Source of the DNA: Phyllosticta citribraziliensis
Lineage: Eukaryota
DNA length: 64,000 bases
Assembly (NCBI RefSeq): GCF_038025025.1
Contig: NW_027117344.1
Location: 310,001-374,000 of the forward strand
Direction of reading: 5' to 3'
In this document: piece by piece, positions 10,754 to 24,200 of the stretch
Position numbering within the stretch: position 1 is the first letter of the stretch
Layout of the letters: each line of letters opens with the position of its first letter
The notes under the pieces: generated by a model
What the model saw: only the letters and a program-made list of their open reading frames with translations
Told to the model about the DNA's origin: nothing
Databases searched by the model: none
Made by a program: the position numbers and the translations under genes

Positions 10754-13700
10754 TAGCAGCAGCAGCAAAGCTGCCACGAGCTGCTTCAATTATCTCGTGT
10801 CACTTACATTTCTCTCCCTCCAGACCACGCCTCTCCATCAACGAACAAAATTCTTTTGTGGAGCGAGCGAGTTCACATGCCAAAATCCATCCATTCATGC
10901 ATTCTTTGACACACTCTCGCACCGCCCCACTGACCCAGCAACTCACTCATCACAACCATCACTTCTTCCTCTCCTTCTTCTCCCTCTTCAGCTGATCCAG
11001 CTTCTGCCGCCCGAAGCAACGGAACAGAGGCATGCACCCCGCGCAACCTCACGACCGCCGACCAAACCGACACCCATGTCCGCATCCCTGGCGCACTAGC
11101 AGACGTACCCTCGATACCCTCGCTGCCGTACCTACAGTTCCCTGCCCCTCGGTCCTGTCCTGTCCTGTCCTGTCCTGTCCTGTCCTGTCCTAGAGCACAC
11201 CCTTGCCCGCGCTCGCTGCTGCTCCGCGCATGTGGGTAGTCACGGGTGGCAGGTGGGGATTGAGGGACTGAGTGAGCGACCAAGGGACCAAGGGACGTAG
11301 CGCACCATACCAGAACGGGCAGACGGACGGACAGAGTGACGGAAAAGCGCACATGCGACTGACTGTTGGAGCGGCGGGGGCGCAGGTCCGGAGGTCCCTG
11401 GATAGCTAGAGTTGGTGGGGCAGAGCAGAGCAGAGCAGAACCGGCTAGGCACATAGCGTGCCGGAGACTACGACAGCGCCGTCTATCTGTCTGTCTGTCT
11501 GGGTGGGTGCGGTGGCGTCTCCCCAACGGCGCACAGAGGGCACAACACCAGGAGATATTTACTGACTGAGATTGGCTGACCGTGGCGCGCGGCACCACCG
11601 CCACAGCAGCGTTTGCTCAACAGACTTGCCTGCGCTGCGCTGCGCTGCGCTCCAATCGTTTGCCCAATTCTCCAGTCACGCACTCGGGAACCCAAAAAGT
11701 CGCCTCTGTCTCCGTCGCCTTGGCTCAGGAGCGAGAGTCTGCCCCAGCGACGACGACGGCGGGGGCTCAGCGTCCCACGAGCAAACCAGGGCAAGAGGAC
11801 CAGAAAACCCAACCCAACCCAACCGTTCGTTCAACTGCAGGCAGGAAGGCAGGCAGGCAGGCAAGCAGACGGGTGGGTGTGGCGCCGCGGCCGCGGGTGG
11901 ATAAGCGCGCAGACGACAAACAGCGAAAGCAGCAGCAGCAGCAGCAGCAGCGTGGATTGTTGGGGAAGGCTGCTTGCTTAGGTACATAGGCGCCGTAGGA
12001 GTAGTTTGCTAGCTAGGCTGGCCGGCTGGGCTGACTGGCAGGCACTGACGACGGATACTTGGGGCCAAGGGATGGATGGATGGATGGATGGATGGATGAT
12101 TGCCTAAACCATAATGTTGTTGGCTGGCATGAAGCGGTCGGGTTAGCGTTGGAGGCGAGGAGGAGGGAGAGGCTGCCCTCTCTACTGTGCCTTAGCCAGA
12201 AAGAGAGACAGACAGACCGGCAGACAGATTTTACAGTTGTAATGATGCAGTGAGGCAGCGAGCGAGCGAGGAAAAGAAGGTGTAGTCGCGGCGGCGGAGC
12301 GCGGAGCGCGGGCCTGAGCCAACCAAAGCTGCCTGCCTGTCTCACACGGCACAGCGCGCGAGAGAGAAGGGGAGGAGGGTAGGTCCTACGAGAGAACTAC
12401 ATGGACCTTGAGAATGTCTCCAATACAGCAGCTTCACCGACAACGGTCAGCGCGCAGGCTGGCAAAAGCGACAAGGAGCCAGGCAATGTAGCGGGAAAGT
12501 CAGGGATCCACCACCCGCCACCACCGCTGCCCTCCCCTCGTACGACAACTGACTGACTGACTGACGGACGGACGGACGGTCAGGTAGCGAAGGTTTACCG
12601 GGCGCTGCGCTAGGAGCTCCCTAACTTACCAGGTACTCGACCCCCCATCCCCCGCCCTGCCCTGCCCTGCCCTGCCCTGCCCTGTCGACGAGAAGTTGTG
12701 GCCGCTTGCCCGCCCGGCGCCCGCCGTCGCCTTACCCAGGAACACCACTCCTCCACACCACCGCTGCTGTTGGACGGCACTGCAGTGCTGCAGGGTGAGC
12801 GACCTGAGCTGACGAGGGCGGGCATGCGGGGCGGGCACTCAACTACCGTACCCAAGGCTACCTTACCAGCCGACCTACCTGCGTGCACCGCCCAGTGGAC
12901 TGTCTGGCATACGAAATGCTGCACCATGTTGCGCTGTCGGTCTGTCTGTCTGGGCACGCCTTCAGTGCTTCATGGAGCGTGCAGAGCGTGGACGACGACA
13001 TGGAAGGCGCCGGACAGCAGGCTACGGCTGGGACAGACGGGCAGGCAGACAGGCCGACAGACAGACAGACAGACCCTCCCACCGCAAGCCGTCACCCACC
13101 ATTTCAAGGGCGGCGGGCAGCTAACCAAACAGACGGGCGTCACCCCGCGTCGACGTCGGCGTCGACAGAACACTATGGACATAGGCCGGCCGGTGGGAAG
13201 ACGTCGTACATAGACGAGGACGGGATGGGCAAGCTTTCTCATTGCATTATTTGTTCCACTAGGATGGATCGCCAGGCCGGCTTACCGCATCCGGCATTTC
13301 GATCGCCTTGCCCTGGTGCTGCTGCTGCTGCTGCTGCGAGAGAGAGAGAGAGAGAGAGAGAGTTGCTCGTCATTTTCACCTCTCACCACTCACCACTCGC
13401 CATGCAACGAGACGACGGAGCGGCAGGGCGGCTCTGCTTGCAGCAGCAGCAGCACCGAGAGCGTCAGAGTTGAAACCTCGCCCAGGAAGGCTGCAGTAGC
13501 GCTCGCTGTAGATATTTTACTGTAGTGTAGTGTAGTGTAGTATGCCGGCCGCTGACCGCGCTGCTGATACACCAGCTACCTATTTAGCTTGCTTAGCGTG
13601 CTTGCTTGCTTGCTTGCTGGCTTTGCCTGCCCGCCCTATGCTGCTGCTGCTGCATCCCCGGCAGCTCCCCCCAGCGCGCGGATACGGATGCGGATGCTTC

Positions 13701-13801
13701 TCGGACTCTCTCTCTGCATCACCACACCACACCACACCACCCGCGTTGGTTGGGCTCGACCGAGCGCAATGTCAAACAATGTGGGGAGCTTTTGCTTACC
13801 G

Positions 13802-13832
<31 letters not shown>

Positions 13833-16800
13833 CTGCTCCACTTCCCCGCCGTCCGTCTATCCGTCTCGAGACCTTGACGGCTTTTGCTTTCTGCTGCTGC
13901 GCCAGATGCTTCGAGACGGTCCGTCCGCTCGTTCATTGATGCCCACCGCACCGCACCCCACCCACCGCAAGGAGCCAAGCAAGAAGTAGTAGTAGGCCCG
14001 GCAGACGCCGCCGCCGCCTCCGCGTCCGCCGCCGCCGTCGACTTGCCTTGTCTTGGTTGTCTCTCGTTTTGCCGTCCGTCCCTTGTCGCACCGCACTGGA
14101 CCCCGCTTGGCTAGGAACCTACGCTGCCATGCCATGCCATGCCACCAATTGACCGAAAAGATGGCGAGAGTTGCCGTCAGTCGGTCGTTGAGGTGTGAGA
14201 ACGACCTACCGCGCCTAATAGCGCCGCAAACGGAACGGCGTCGCAACTCGCCACCCCATCTCTTCGACCGACCAACCAACCAACCAACCACGTTGGTCGC
14301 GGAAGCTGGCGGCGTGCGGACATTGTTGCTGCTCTAGGAGTAAGTGTGGGTGCGTAGACGGCCAACTGAGTACGGTGGACTGGGTAGAACTTGCGAGTCC
14401 ACCACCGTCCACCAATGCAGGCCGTCAGACAGGAAGGCAGGCAAACAAACAGGCAAACAGGCGACGTCAGACAGCCATGGCAATCGAGCAGTTGAGCAAA
14501 ATCCCATGGCGCGCGCATGGGAAACCCATCCACCTACCTGCGTCCCTTGACCCGTTGGCCGGCATGAGTCCTGCATCCAAGTCCTGAGTCCTGAGTCGCT
14601 GTGCATGTCGACCTACCTAGGTGTGTAGCCAGGGACGGCGGGTATCCAGATGCGCATGCGCGCTCGCTCGCCCAGGCCAATGTCTCGCCGAGGGGTTCGC
14701 AGTACGCGTGTTTGCTCGCTGCCGTTCCCTGGTTGAGACTTGAGAGGGTTGATGGGCGTTGGCAGGACGCGGCAGCAGCAGCAGCAGCATCCCTGGAGAA
14801 CGTTGAACGCAATTGAAACTTGGGGAAAGGGGGTGGACAGAAGGCCGCTGACTGATTCTGTTTCCTTTCCTTGACGTCGTTCCGTGGCAATTGACTGTCG
14901 CATGTCCTTTCATGAGCATTTTGTTCGGCCTGCCAGGCACGAGGCATGGTTTAATGGGCCAGGCAGACAGCCCCTTTGCGGATGCAATAGACATGGGAGC
15001 GATGTTGGGCTGCCGCCGCTGCTGCTTGCGCGTGTGAGAAAGGAGAGAGGAGAGACACTTCGCGTCAGAAGGCCGCCGCCGTCGTGATGGTGATGGGGAC
15101 GACCGCCCGGACAGAGACAGAGACAGACGCAGTGAGAGCAGTCCAAAATGACGCAACCACACCTCCAACTCCAAACAGCGTCATACCTCATCAACGATAT
15201 CGAAAGAAGACTCGAACGAGTGATGGTCCTACCTCATTATTGCAGATCCTCTCATGACTCTTGGAGGAGATGAAGCAGTAGTGTTTTGCAACAACTGCAA
15301 CAAGGCCCGACGACGACGAGCGAGACCGAAGAAGGTGCGCTGTGCGGCGCCCCGACTCTCTCTAGTCATGTAGCTTGCTTGCTGGGTTGTGGTGGTGTGG
15401 TGTGGTGTGGTGGCCGCGATGCCGAAAGATGCCGAGATCTGTGTTTTGACGTTTGCCACGCGCTTCGCTTGGTTCCTCCGCCCGCCGGGGAAGGCGGAAC
15501 GGAAGCGAGTGGTGTAAGAAAGACTTTTCGGTTACATCACGGACAGTTGTCGGGCAGAGAGAGGAAGGCTGCTCGAGAGACGACGATTCATGCGCGGACG
15601 ACGGGCAAGATAACAATAAAACAGCACCGTCGCTTGCTGTTGCCAAGCTGGGTGAGCCAAACAAAAGAAACGCTGCGCAGTGTTGGTGGTGGTGCGCATG
15701 AGCGCCGGACCGGACGACCCCCCCCTGGCGCGTCCACCAAACACCACATCAGACCCCCCTCGAATTATGTATAGTCTGCCCGCGCAGACAGCCTGTGCTA
15801 GCGCTTGGACGACTGATTTCGAGCAATTAAGCCCGCCCGAAAACAGCAAATGGTAATCAGCGTCATCGCATCATTCTGGGCCAGACTCATTTGTCGTTGG
15901 CGTTGTCGTTCATCTGCTGCTTCTGGGGGGCTGGCTGGCGTTTTGCAGATCCAGACGGACTGTTTCCCGCAACCAATGCCATGTACCAGTGCACCGGGAC
16001 CCTCCCCTCCCCCCCATCATCGTCATGCGCGGGCAAGCAACATCATGCGACCCTGCAGGTCCTCCCAGCCCTCCTCCTCCTCCAGCAGCGCTCAACGGGC
16101 GCACAGCACAGCAATCAGGAAAAAGCAGGACCCTGATGTCTGGATTCTCCTGTGGCTTGCAGGAGGCCGCCGCTGCCGGCGCCTTGATGGAGAGAAGGGT
16201 TCGCAGAAGAAAGAAGCAACGGCCGAGATTCGCCCTCTGCCCTCTGTCGACGCAATACCTAGTGATGTCCTTTTTTTTTTTTTTTTTCCTTTCCTGCGCG
16301 GGCGTTTTCGGTCTCTTGATTCGTGATGCTTCACGACACGATGGTCGATACTGAGGACAATCGCTCCTCTGCGCAGGACACCAGCGTCGTCATAATTTCC
16401 CGTTGCAGCATCGTGATGAGCTTGATCCACGCGCTAGATAAACCCTGTGGAGAGCAGAACACTATTATTATTTTTTTCTTTCGTTTAGGAGCGCCACACA
16501 GCCGGCGATTGGGACTGGAGATCGTCTTTTGGCCGTTGGAGCAAGGCCGACGGCGGCGGCGGCAACGACGACGACGACGACGATTTCATTTTGCTGCGCG
16601 CGGCCAGGCCCCCACCATTCATTCCCAAGTCATGTCAGCGAGCCCCGAGGCCAGGATTTCGGAATCAAGGAACGCAGCAAGCAAGCAAGCAAGCAAGCAG
16701 CTGCAGGACGGTGAGAGTTGGCAAGGCGGAGGAGGGGACGTTCTGGGAAGGTTGCATGGCTGCAAATTTCCCCCATGACCACGGATGGGGGTGGTGGGTG

Positions 16801-16884
16801 GTGCCACAGGGGTTGCTGGTGGAAGGGTGGAAGAGAAGGGGTGGCGGTGTCGCGCGGGCAGCAGGGCAGCAGGGCTGCAGAGGG

Positions 16885-16928
<44 letters not shown>

Positions 16929-19038
16929 CACCGCAGGCAGGCACGGCGAGAGGCGTGTCCCTGTGAGATGGTAGAGTTTCCCATCTCAACAGGTCGGTTG
17001 GAGGTTGCACGGCACAGCAGAGCCACGTGCTGGGGGGGGGAAGAGGGGACTGGGGACTGGATGGAGCAACCTGAGGCAGCTTGAGCTCAGTATGACGAGG
17101 CGATGATGGTGAGGGCGGGTCTCGGGTTGGGGGGGGGGGGGGGGAGAGAAAGAGAGAGTGTGTGAGAGAGGGGCGGAATGCCGCGAGTCTTTTGGTCGTC
17201 GCGCCGTTTCGTCGTCGACAAGGTGAAAGTTGCTGTGGGCGAAGCTTCTCGCAGCAGCAGCGAATGCAGCGCTAGGACAGGGCAGGGCAGGGCAGGGCGG
17301 ATCCATGATGGATGTCTGCTCTGCGGTGGTGAGGTGCACAAGGAACCAACCTAGGAGTACATGTACGGTAGAAGCAGCTTCTTTGGACCGCATTCCGGCC
17401 GTTGATGACCCGGGTCGGCGGGCCTAGAGAGCGCAGGACGGCGGACCCTGACCAGCCCAGCCCAGCCCAGCGCAGTGCAGTGCAGTGCAGCAAACAGCGA
17501 GCCAGTGCAGCCAGCGAGACGAGACACACACATTCCCACGTCATCCGGTCGCGTCGCAGAGACGAGAGATAAAAATGGACTCGTCGAGTGGAGCAACCTT
17601 CATGTTTGCAACGCTCCGCACCACGAGTTTCAGCGAGCAGAGCGTTGACGCCCAAACGACGAAGCACCTTTTTTTGGCAGGCGGGCAGGCAGGAAGGGAA
17701 GAAAGAAAAAAAAAACAGAGTTCGACTGGACACAAGTCCGACCGACGAGGCTTGGTGCCCTGCGAGTCTGGGAGCGAAGGCAGAGGTTTACAGTCGGCGG
17801 CGGGATCGAGGATGAGCAGGGTGATCTAGAATTCTGGCGCGGGCGAGGGCGAGGGCGAGGGGGCCCACCCACCGAGGCTAGGCGCGAGGTAGGCGCCCGC
17901 GGAGGGTTGCTGGGGTCAGGTCGCTGGAGGGAACCTGAACCTGAACTTGAACCTGAGCCTGAAGCTGAACCCTGCAGCCATTCACCTGGCTCAGCCCAGC
18001 CCAGCCCAGCATGAACACCCTGTGATGTAATGACGGGCACCCAAAGTCGCGTCGCCGACTCGTGTGCGCCATGGACCTGACTTGGTTGTGCTGCAACGGC
18101 CTCCTGAGAGACGAACCTGGAGTCCAAAGTCTGATTGTGTCTGCTCTGGTCTGGTTCCCAGTCAGTCCCCCAACGGCCACGTCCCAGTCCAGTCCAGTCC
18201 CGTCCCCTCGTCTCGTCCACTCCCGTCGACACTCAGTGTCAGCACTGGTTGCGCCGAAGTGAAGCAAGGAGTGACGGTACGGTAGAGCAGCTTAGCGTCG
18301 CGGAGTGGGGCCTGCCCGAAGCGGGAGCACAAGTTGAATCCGATCGATCGATCATGTTGTTTAGTGCCCAAGGGATTCCATTTGTTGACGACAGCCAGGA
18401 CAGGACAGGACGGCGGCGCCTTTGCGGCCACGGCCGAACGCGGCGTCTCCCTCTCTCTCTCGCGCGTCGTCGACTCGACCGGGAATTCCCAGCATGCAGG
18501 CAGCGGGCGGGCGGGCGGACAGGCGGGCGGCCCTGTTCTGACTCCTGGGCTTCGAGGAAAAAGCGAAAGGCAGGGGAACGATGGCTTGTTGGTTTGTAGT
18601 GTGTGTGGATGAGAAGAGATCCACGCGAGCCGTGGCTTTGCGCGGGGCGCTAGCTCGCCCGAGTATGCCATTCTGATGCATGGCCGCAGCTCATGCGCTT
18701 TGCGAATGCCCATATGTGACCCTGGGCAATCGTCCAAAACCCTGCTTGCGATGCGCCGCTCTAGCTTCGTCCATAAGAAGCCTTTGCCTGCCGCTGCCCG
18801 CCGCCCTCGTCTCCCCTCTGCTCTGCTCTGCCTCACTCAACTCACTCCCCACCTCTCTTCTCTCCACCTCGCCTCCCTCACCCAACAACCACCACCGCCT
18901 GCCCCGTCTCTCCCCCACCCAACCCAGCACATTCCCTCGCCTGTGCTGTGCCACGTTGCCGCAGAGACACCTCCAAGCACGTACGAGGCCGAACCTCTTC
19001 AAATACGACCCCAGCTCCCGCCGAACCGCCTCACCACC

Positions 19039-20001
19039 ATGGACGGCAAGAACTCGGCCGGCAGACGCATCTCGCTGCTCAACGAAGACTCGCGCATGCC
19101 CTCGCTCGAGCCCTCGACCTACCGCTCGCGCACCTCCAGCTACGCCTCTTCGCCCTGCCTCTCGCCTCAGACCCCGCAGCTGCTGCGCTCAGACTCGACC
19201 GACTCGACAGCCATGATCAACATGCCCTCGCCCGTGACTCCTACCTATCCGTACGAAGAGGCCGGCCACTCGCCTCGTCCTCCACCGGGCACCATGCCCT
19301 ACTTTGCCATTTCCCAACAGCACATGGTCGGTTACCACCAACCAAAGGGCGCCATGATGCCCTTTGTGCCGCCGCCCCAACCGTACGCCAACCACGTCTT
19401 CGTCAGACCTCCCGGTATCGAGCGCCAACCAATGCCGCCGGCCAACCCAAAGACCAAGAAGAACCAGTACCCCTGCCCTCTGGCCAAGGCTTTTGGCTGC
19501 AATGACTACTTCACCACCTCTGGCCACGCCGCACGGCACGCAAAGAAGCACACGGGCAAAAAGGACGCCATCTGCCCCGACTGCAAAAAGGCTTTTACGC
19601 GCAAGGACAACATGGAGCAGCACAGACGCACCCACTCAAACGGCCGCAACGCCCGCTCCGCGGGCCCCAAGGATGCCGACGACGCACGCAAGAAGATGAA
19701 ACCAACGGCAACCCGGCCGAAGCCATCCCCGATCCAGTCTTCGCTACCCCCAACAACTAGCTCCTCCCTCGTCGATCCTTCTCTGCCTGTCAGCCCCGCC
19801 TCGAGTAGTTATGGCGTCGCGCCTGCGGTGCAGCCCGCCGACGACTACGTCGTGTCGCCCTATGCCGAGTCCGAGTCTGCTTCCGCCTACCCTCCTCCGG
19901 AGCCCTTCCAGGTCAACCCTCAGTCAGGGTCTGATGACGCTTTCCGGTTGCACACTCTGGCATTTGCCGCATCCGGCGAGAAGCGCAAGTTTGAGGCTTA
20001 G
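19039..20001 (+). CDS. C2H2 zinc-finger transcription factor, Nrg1-like, 320 aa, intronless
   Basis: Two fingers: CPLAKAFGCNDYFTTSGHAARHAKKH-TGKK-CPDCKKAFTRKDNMEQHRRTH. The TTSGH.ARH and R.DN..QH recognition helices resemble yeast Nrg1. ATG context CACCACCATGG. Confidence 0.85.
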   Translation: MDGKNSAGRRISLLNEDSRMPSLEPSTYRSRTSSYASSPCLSPQTPQLLRSDSTDSTAMINMPSPVTPTYPYEEAGHSPRPPPGTMPYFAISQQHMVGYHQPKGAMMPFVPPPQPYANHVFVRPPGIERQPMPPANPKTKKNQYPCPLAKAFGCNDYFTTSGHAARHAKKHTGKKDAICPDCKKAFTRKDNMEQHRRTHSNGRNARSAGPKDADDARKKMKPTATRPKPSPIQSSLPPTTSSSLVDPSLPVSPASSSYGVAPAVQPADDYVVSPYAESESASAYPPPEPFQVNPQSGSDDAFRLHTLAFAASGEKRKFEA

Positions 20002-21265
20002 GAGCTCTCATCCTCCTGCCCACACGCTCCTTGTCTCGTTTCTTCTGTCTCTTCCTTGGGATTTGATACCAAATTTTCCTTACTTCTCTTCTACCCCAGC
20101 GTCCTAGTGACGCAATGGGTCTATTTTTCTTCTTCCTACCATATTCTTATCGTAACATGCCTCCTCGTCCTCCTCATCATCAACCTCCGTTCCTTGTGCA
20201 CTTTCCTTTTTTCGTTCCAACCCTCATGAAGATTACCACTACCTTGCACGCAATAGACGCATGCCGTCATGGCTACGAAACGGAGCTACACGCGGGCAAA
20301 ATGGGGCGTTTACACCGGGTCTACTTTTTGTTCTTTCCCTTACATCATCCTTTCTACTACAAGATACACCCACGGCATGGGCTGCTCTGCTTTTTATCGG
20401 GTCTTTTTTTTCCGAGACGGGACTACTCTCCCTGGATTTTTGTTCTGGATAACAACATGGGATCGGGGACTGGGGGGACGACGGGGTTGCGGATTACCTC
20501 TCACCAATGGGCTAGACGCATGGGACCGGGATCACCACACCACCACCACCATTATTACTACCACTAGTACTATTATTATCTGGGCGGAAATCCTTTTTTT
20601 CTTGTCGTTTGAAATCCCTTCTTTCTCTCTTCTTCGCTTCTTCTCTTTGCGCGGTGGCCTTGTTGGCTGGGCCTCTTTCGCCACCTGCGTAATTTGCACC
20701 TACCACCTACCATCCTCCACCACCACTATGGCCGGCCGCCCGGCACAGGGACCGCACAGCGGACTACCGCCTGGACTGGACCCCTAATGGTGTGCCCTTA
20801 CTGGCTGGCTGGCAGGCAGCGGGGTGGGCTACTGCCACCACCACTCGACTCATATTCGTATCGTTGTGGGCTGTTTTGGGTGGAGTGGAGTGTGCACGGT
20901 GGGTGGGTGGATGAGAGTGGACCCTACCCAAGCGGGTGGGGCAGCAGCGGAGGAAGAAGAGGAAGAAGAAGCAGCAGAAGCAGAAGATTTCTGCGCGGTG
21001 CGGACGGAGGGCTGAGGGGAGGCGAGACGAGACGGGAGGACGAGGCCAACAGTGTGGGCTGTGGGCAAAAGTAGAGGCATTAGGTATGCACCAATGAATT
21101 AGAGTTAGTTTTGACCATCGTTGTTGTCGTCGGCAGCCAGAAGTCGCAGTAGCAGTCGCAGCGCCTGTGTGCTGTTGCGATTGTCGACTGTTGCGACTCG
21201 CTGCTGGGTGCCTGGCTGGCTGGCTGGCTGGCTGGCTGGCTCATCTTCTGCGCATCACCAGAGAG

Positions 21266-21298
<33 letters not shown>

Positions 21299-24200
21299 GA
21301 TCATCATTGCCGACCACACGCGACTCAGGGTCCTCCTACATCGACACCACCACCACCAGCACCACCGTCGTCATCATCATCAGCAATTGGGTGGTGTGCC
21401 TGACCTACGTGACCACCTGCAGGGTCTCTCTGCTCTTCGCTCGCGCTCGCATTGCAACGCGTCGCGTCTGTCGGCACCGCAGAGCGGCGCGCCGGGCGGG
21501 AACGCGCCGGGAGAGACTCGGCTCGGCTTTCGTCATAGGTGCGTAGGTAGGTAAGGTAGGTGCCCGGCCGCGTCGACACCACATGTACTTACTCGACAAC
21601 CAACGTCGAAGGCCGGCAAACTCCTTGAGGGATGAGGGGAGGGGCGGACGATCACACATGCAAATTGTGGGTTGGGGGGGGGGGGGGGGGGGTGGGGGGG
21701 GTAGGTTTGGTCCCTGACCCTGAGAAACAGAAAAGTGTGAAATGGGGGACAGGGACGGGGTGGTGGTGGTGGGTGTGAAGGCGCGGGTGAGTACCTACCT
21801 AGTACGTAAGACGAGGACAGGACTGAGGAGATGGGAGATAATCTGGAAACGCTCGACACGAACGCAGAAGAAGAAGAAAAAAGGTCTCATGGGAGTAATG
21901 CCAACACGTTCACTGGTGGTCGTGTTGGCTGCTGCATTGCATTGCGGTGCAGTGAGTCCCCCGCCGCTGCTGCTGCTGCCCCTGGCCGGCCGCTGCTGGT
22001 CCCTGAAATCCACACCACTATCCGGACACACCACCCTGTACCACCCACCTGCCCGCCGCATGCGGCTCGCGACGCAGACGATCGATCGTCATTGGTACGT
22101 GTACACTGCACGTTTTGGGAGACGGGGCTTCCGGTGTGCCTGGGGAAGGCGGTGGCAGTAGAAGATCAATGAATGGATGCGGGAGGGAGGGAGGAGCTGG
22201 AGAAAACTCGCTCGCTCGCTCGCTCGCTCGCTCCCGGCACGAGGTTCCGCGCGCTTTTTCACCTGGGCGCTGCGGTTGATGTGTTTGTGAGGTGCGCGTT
22301 GCGCGAGGGAGACGCGTCAAAAGAGAGTGATAGAGGGTGGGATGTAGTTTGCTAGTGGAGCGAGCATACAGCTGCAGTCAGCAGTACGCAAGAGAGACGA
22401 CAACCAACATCCACGACCAAAACAACAACAACAACAGACTCGAGATGAGCGATGAGCGACGATCGACAAGAATAACAAAGTTTCCTCACATCATGTGCCG
22501 GGTCCCATCCTTCCATCGTTAGGTTCGTTTCCGGCAAAGAGCGGAGAGGAGAAAGCACTTACATAGGTGGTGGGAGCGTTGTCCCTGGGAATTTCACGGC
22601 AGAGGGCAGAGGGGGCCCGTTCGCCCCAGCGGCGCGGCGCCACAGACATCATGGGCGTCCAAGTGTGTGTGCAATTGCAATTGCGGAGTGGAGAACAAGG
22701 GGACTCGGACTGGGCGCACCCACCCACGGAATCTAGGCCTGGGCCCCTGCCGGCCTGCCCTGCCGAGAATAATTCCATTCGCCACACTTCTTTTTTTTTT
22801 TTTTTTCTTTCTTCGTTCTGCTTCTGCTTCTGTCTGCGCCAGTGTTTATTTGCTTTTCTGTGGGGGCGCCCCTGTCTGCCTAGTGCCCACCGCAGCACCT
22901 ACACCCCCCTCGCTCCCCCGGCTGGCCCCAGTGGATACACGGTCCGAGAGAGTCTCGCTTGCTTATCGGTTTGGCTGCCCGCCCGAAGCAATCAAAACAA
23001 CATTGCCCGCGAGAGATCGAGATCAAAGGTGCGCCCCGCCGGCCGGTCGGTCTCAACACCACCAGAGACGACAAGGCTCGTCGACGGAGCAAGCTACGGC
23101 GGCGCCGGCGCACCTATCGCGTCCACCTACTAGTGTGCTGCTTGGCGGACCCTGCTTGGCGCGGCGAACGCTAGCCAACCACCTCGATCCGGGGCTGCGA
23201 GGGGGCAGAACCTAATTCATCGTATCTTGCTCCTCCTGGCTGTGCGTCCATACGAACTTCGGTCACTCTCTCCACGGCCTGGACTGCTGGACTTGTCACC
23301 GCTGCTTGCCTGCCAGCTCCTGCGTGCTCTCTCATTCATCAGGAACGACGCTTGAAATTGCCCGAAGCAGGTGGCGCGAGATTGGCTGCTGAGTCGCAGT
23401 CGCGGTCGTCGCGGTTGTTCAGGCCTTGGGGCCCTGGGGGAGCCGGCTGCTGCTTACCTTACCCCCGGAATGAGGGCCGCATGGCATCGCATCGCATCGC
23501 AACGAACGCGCGGCCGGTGAAGGATTTGAAGGCTTCACGAGGCCAGCAAAATAATACTGGAGATTGGAGATTGGAGATTGCCGTCCGTTCTGCTGACTAC
23601 CCACTGCAAGCGAGCTCTGCTCGTCGATTCATGACGACATTGTTGGCAGGCTGTGGGATCCGATGCCATTGACACATGAGAATTGAGGAAAGGGGACATG
23701 GACATTGGCGACGGTTGTCGACGTTTTCGTCGTCTGTCCGAATCTTCCATGGACCCTGCAGATTGCACGGTGGATGGATGGAGCAGAGGGGAAGGAAACA
23801 CAAACCACCAAACTTCACTACCCGTCCACCGGACATGCGTCGATTATTCGCTCGGCCGCTTCTCCCGACTTCTCCTCTCGTCTCTCGCGGTCTCGGTCTG
23901 CACCGCCTGCCTGCCTGGAACCAAGAAGAATCAAGAAACTCGATTTTCACAACTTGTGGGGTCGTGACGTGAAGTCGTCGATCCGACATAATCCCGCTCG
24001 ATCCCCAGCTGCTGCCTCTGCGTCCGGGCCTGCACTGCACGCGCCTCAACGCATGCGCCACCTCTCACCTCTCACCTCTCACCAAGCCATGGGCGCTGTC
24101 GTCATAGGAGCAGCTACGATAATACCTCTTCTACATTGACCTCCCGGAATCCCGTTGCCGACCGACACCTCATCAGACGTCCCCATCGACGACCTTCCCG

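Noticed and set aside
5700..18675. Many 60-240 aa ORFs in the gene desert (also 20100-28000)
   Set aside because: They are low-complexity translations of SSRs and GC-rich DNA, with no recognisable domains or consistent splice structure.
18676..19038. 121-codon in-frame upstream extension of the C2H2 gene
   Set aside because: Pyrimidine-rich and 5'UTR-like; the ATG at 19039 has much better context. Not fully excluded.
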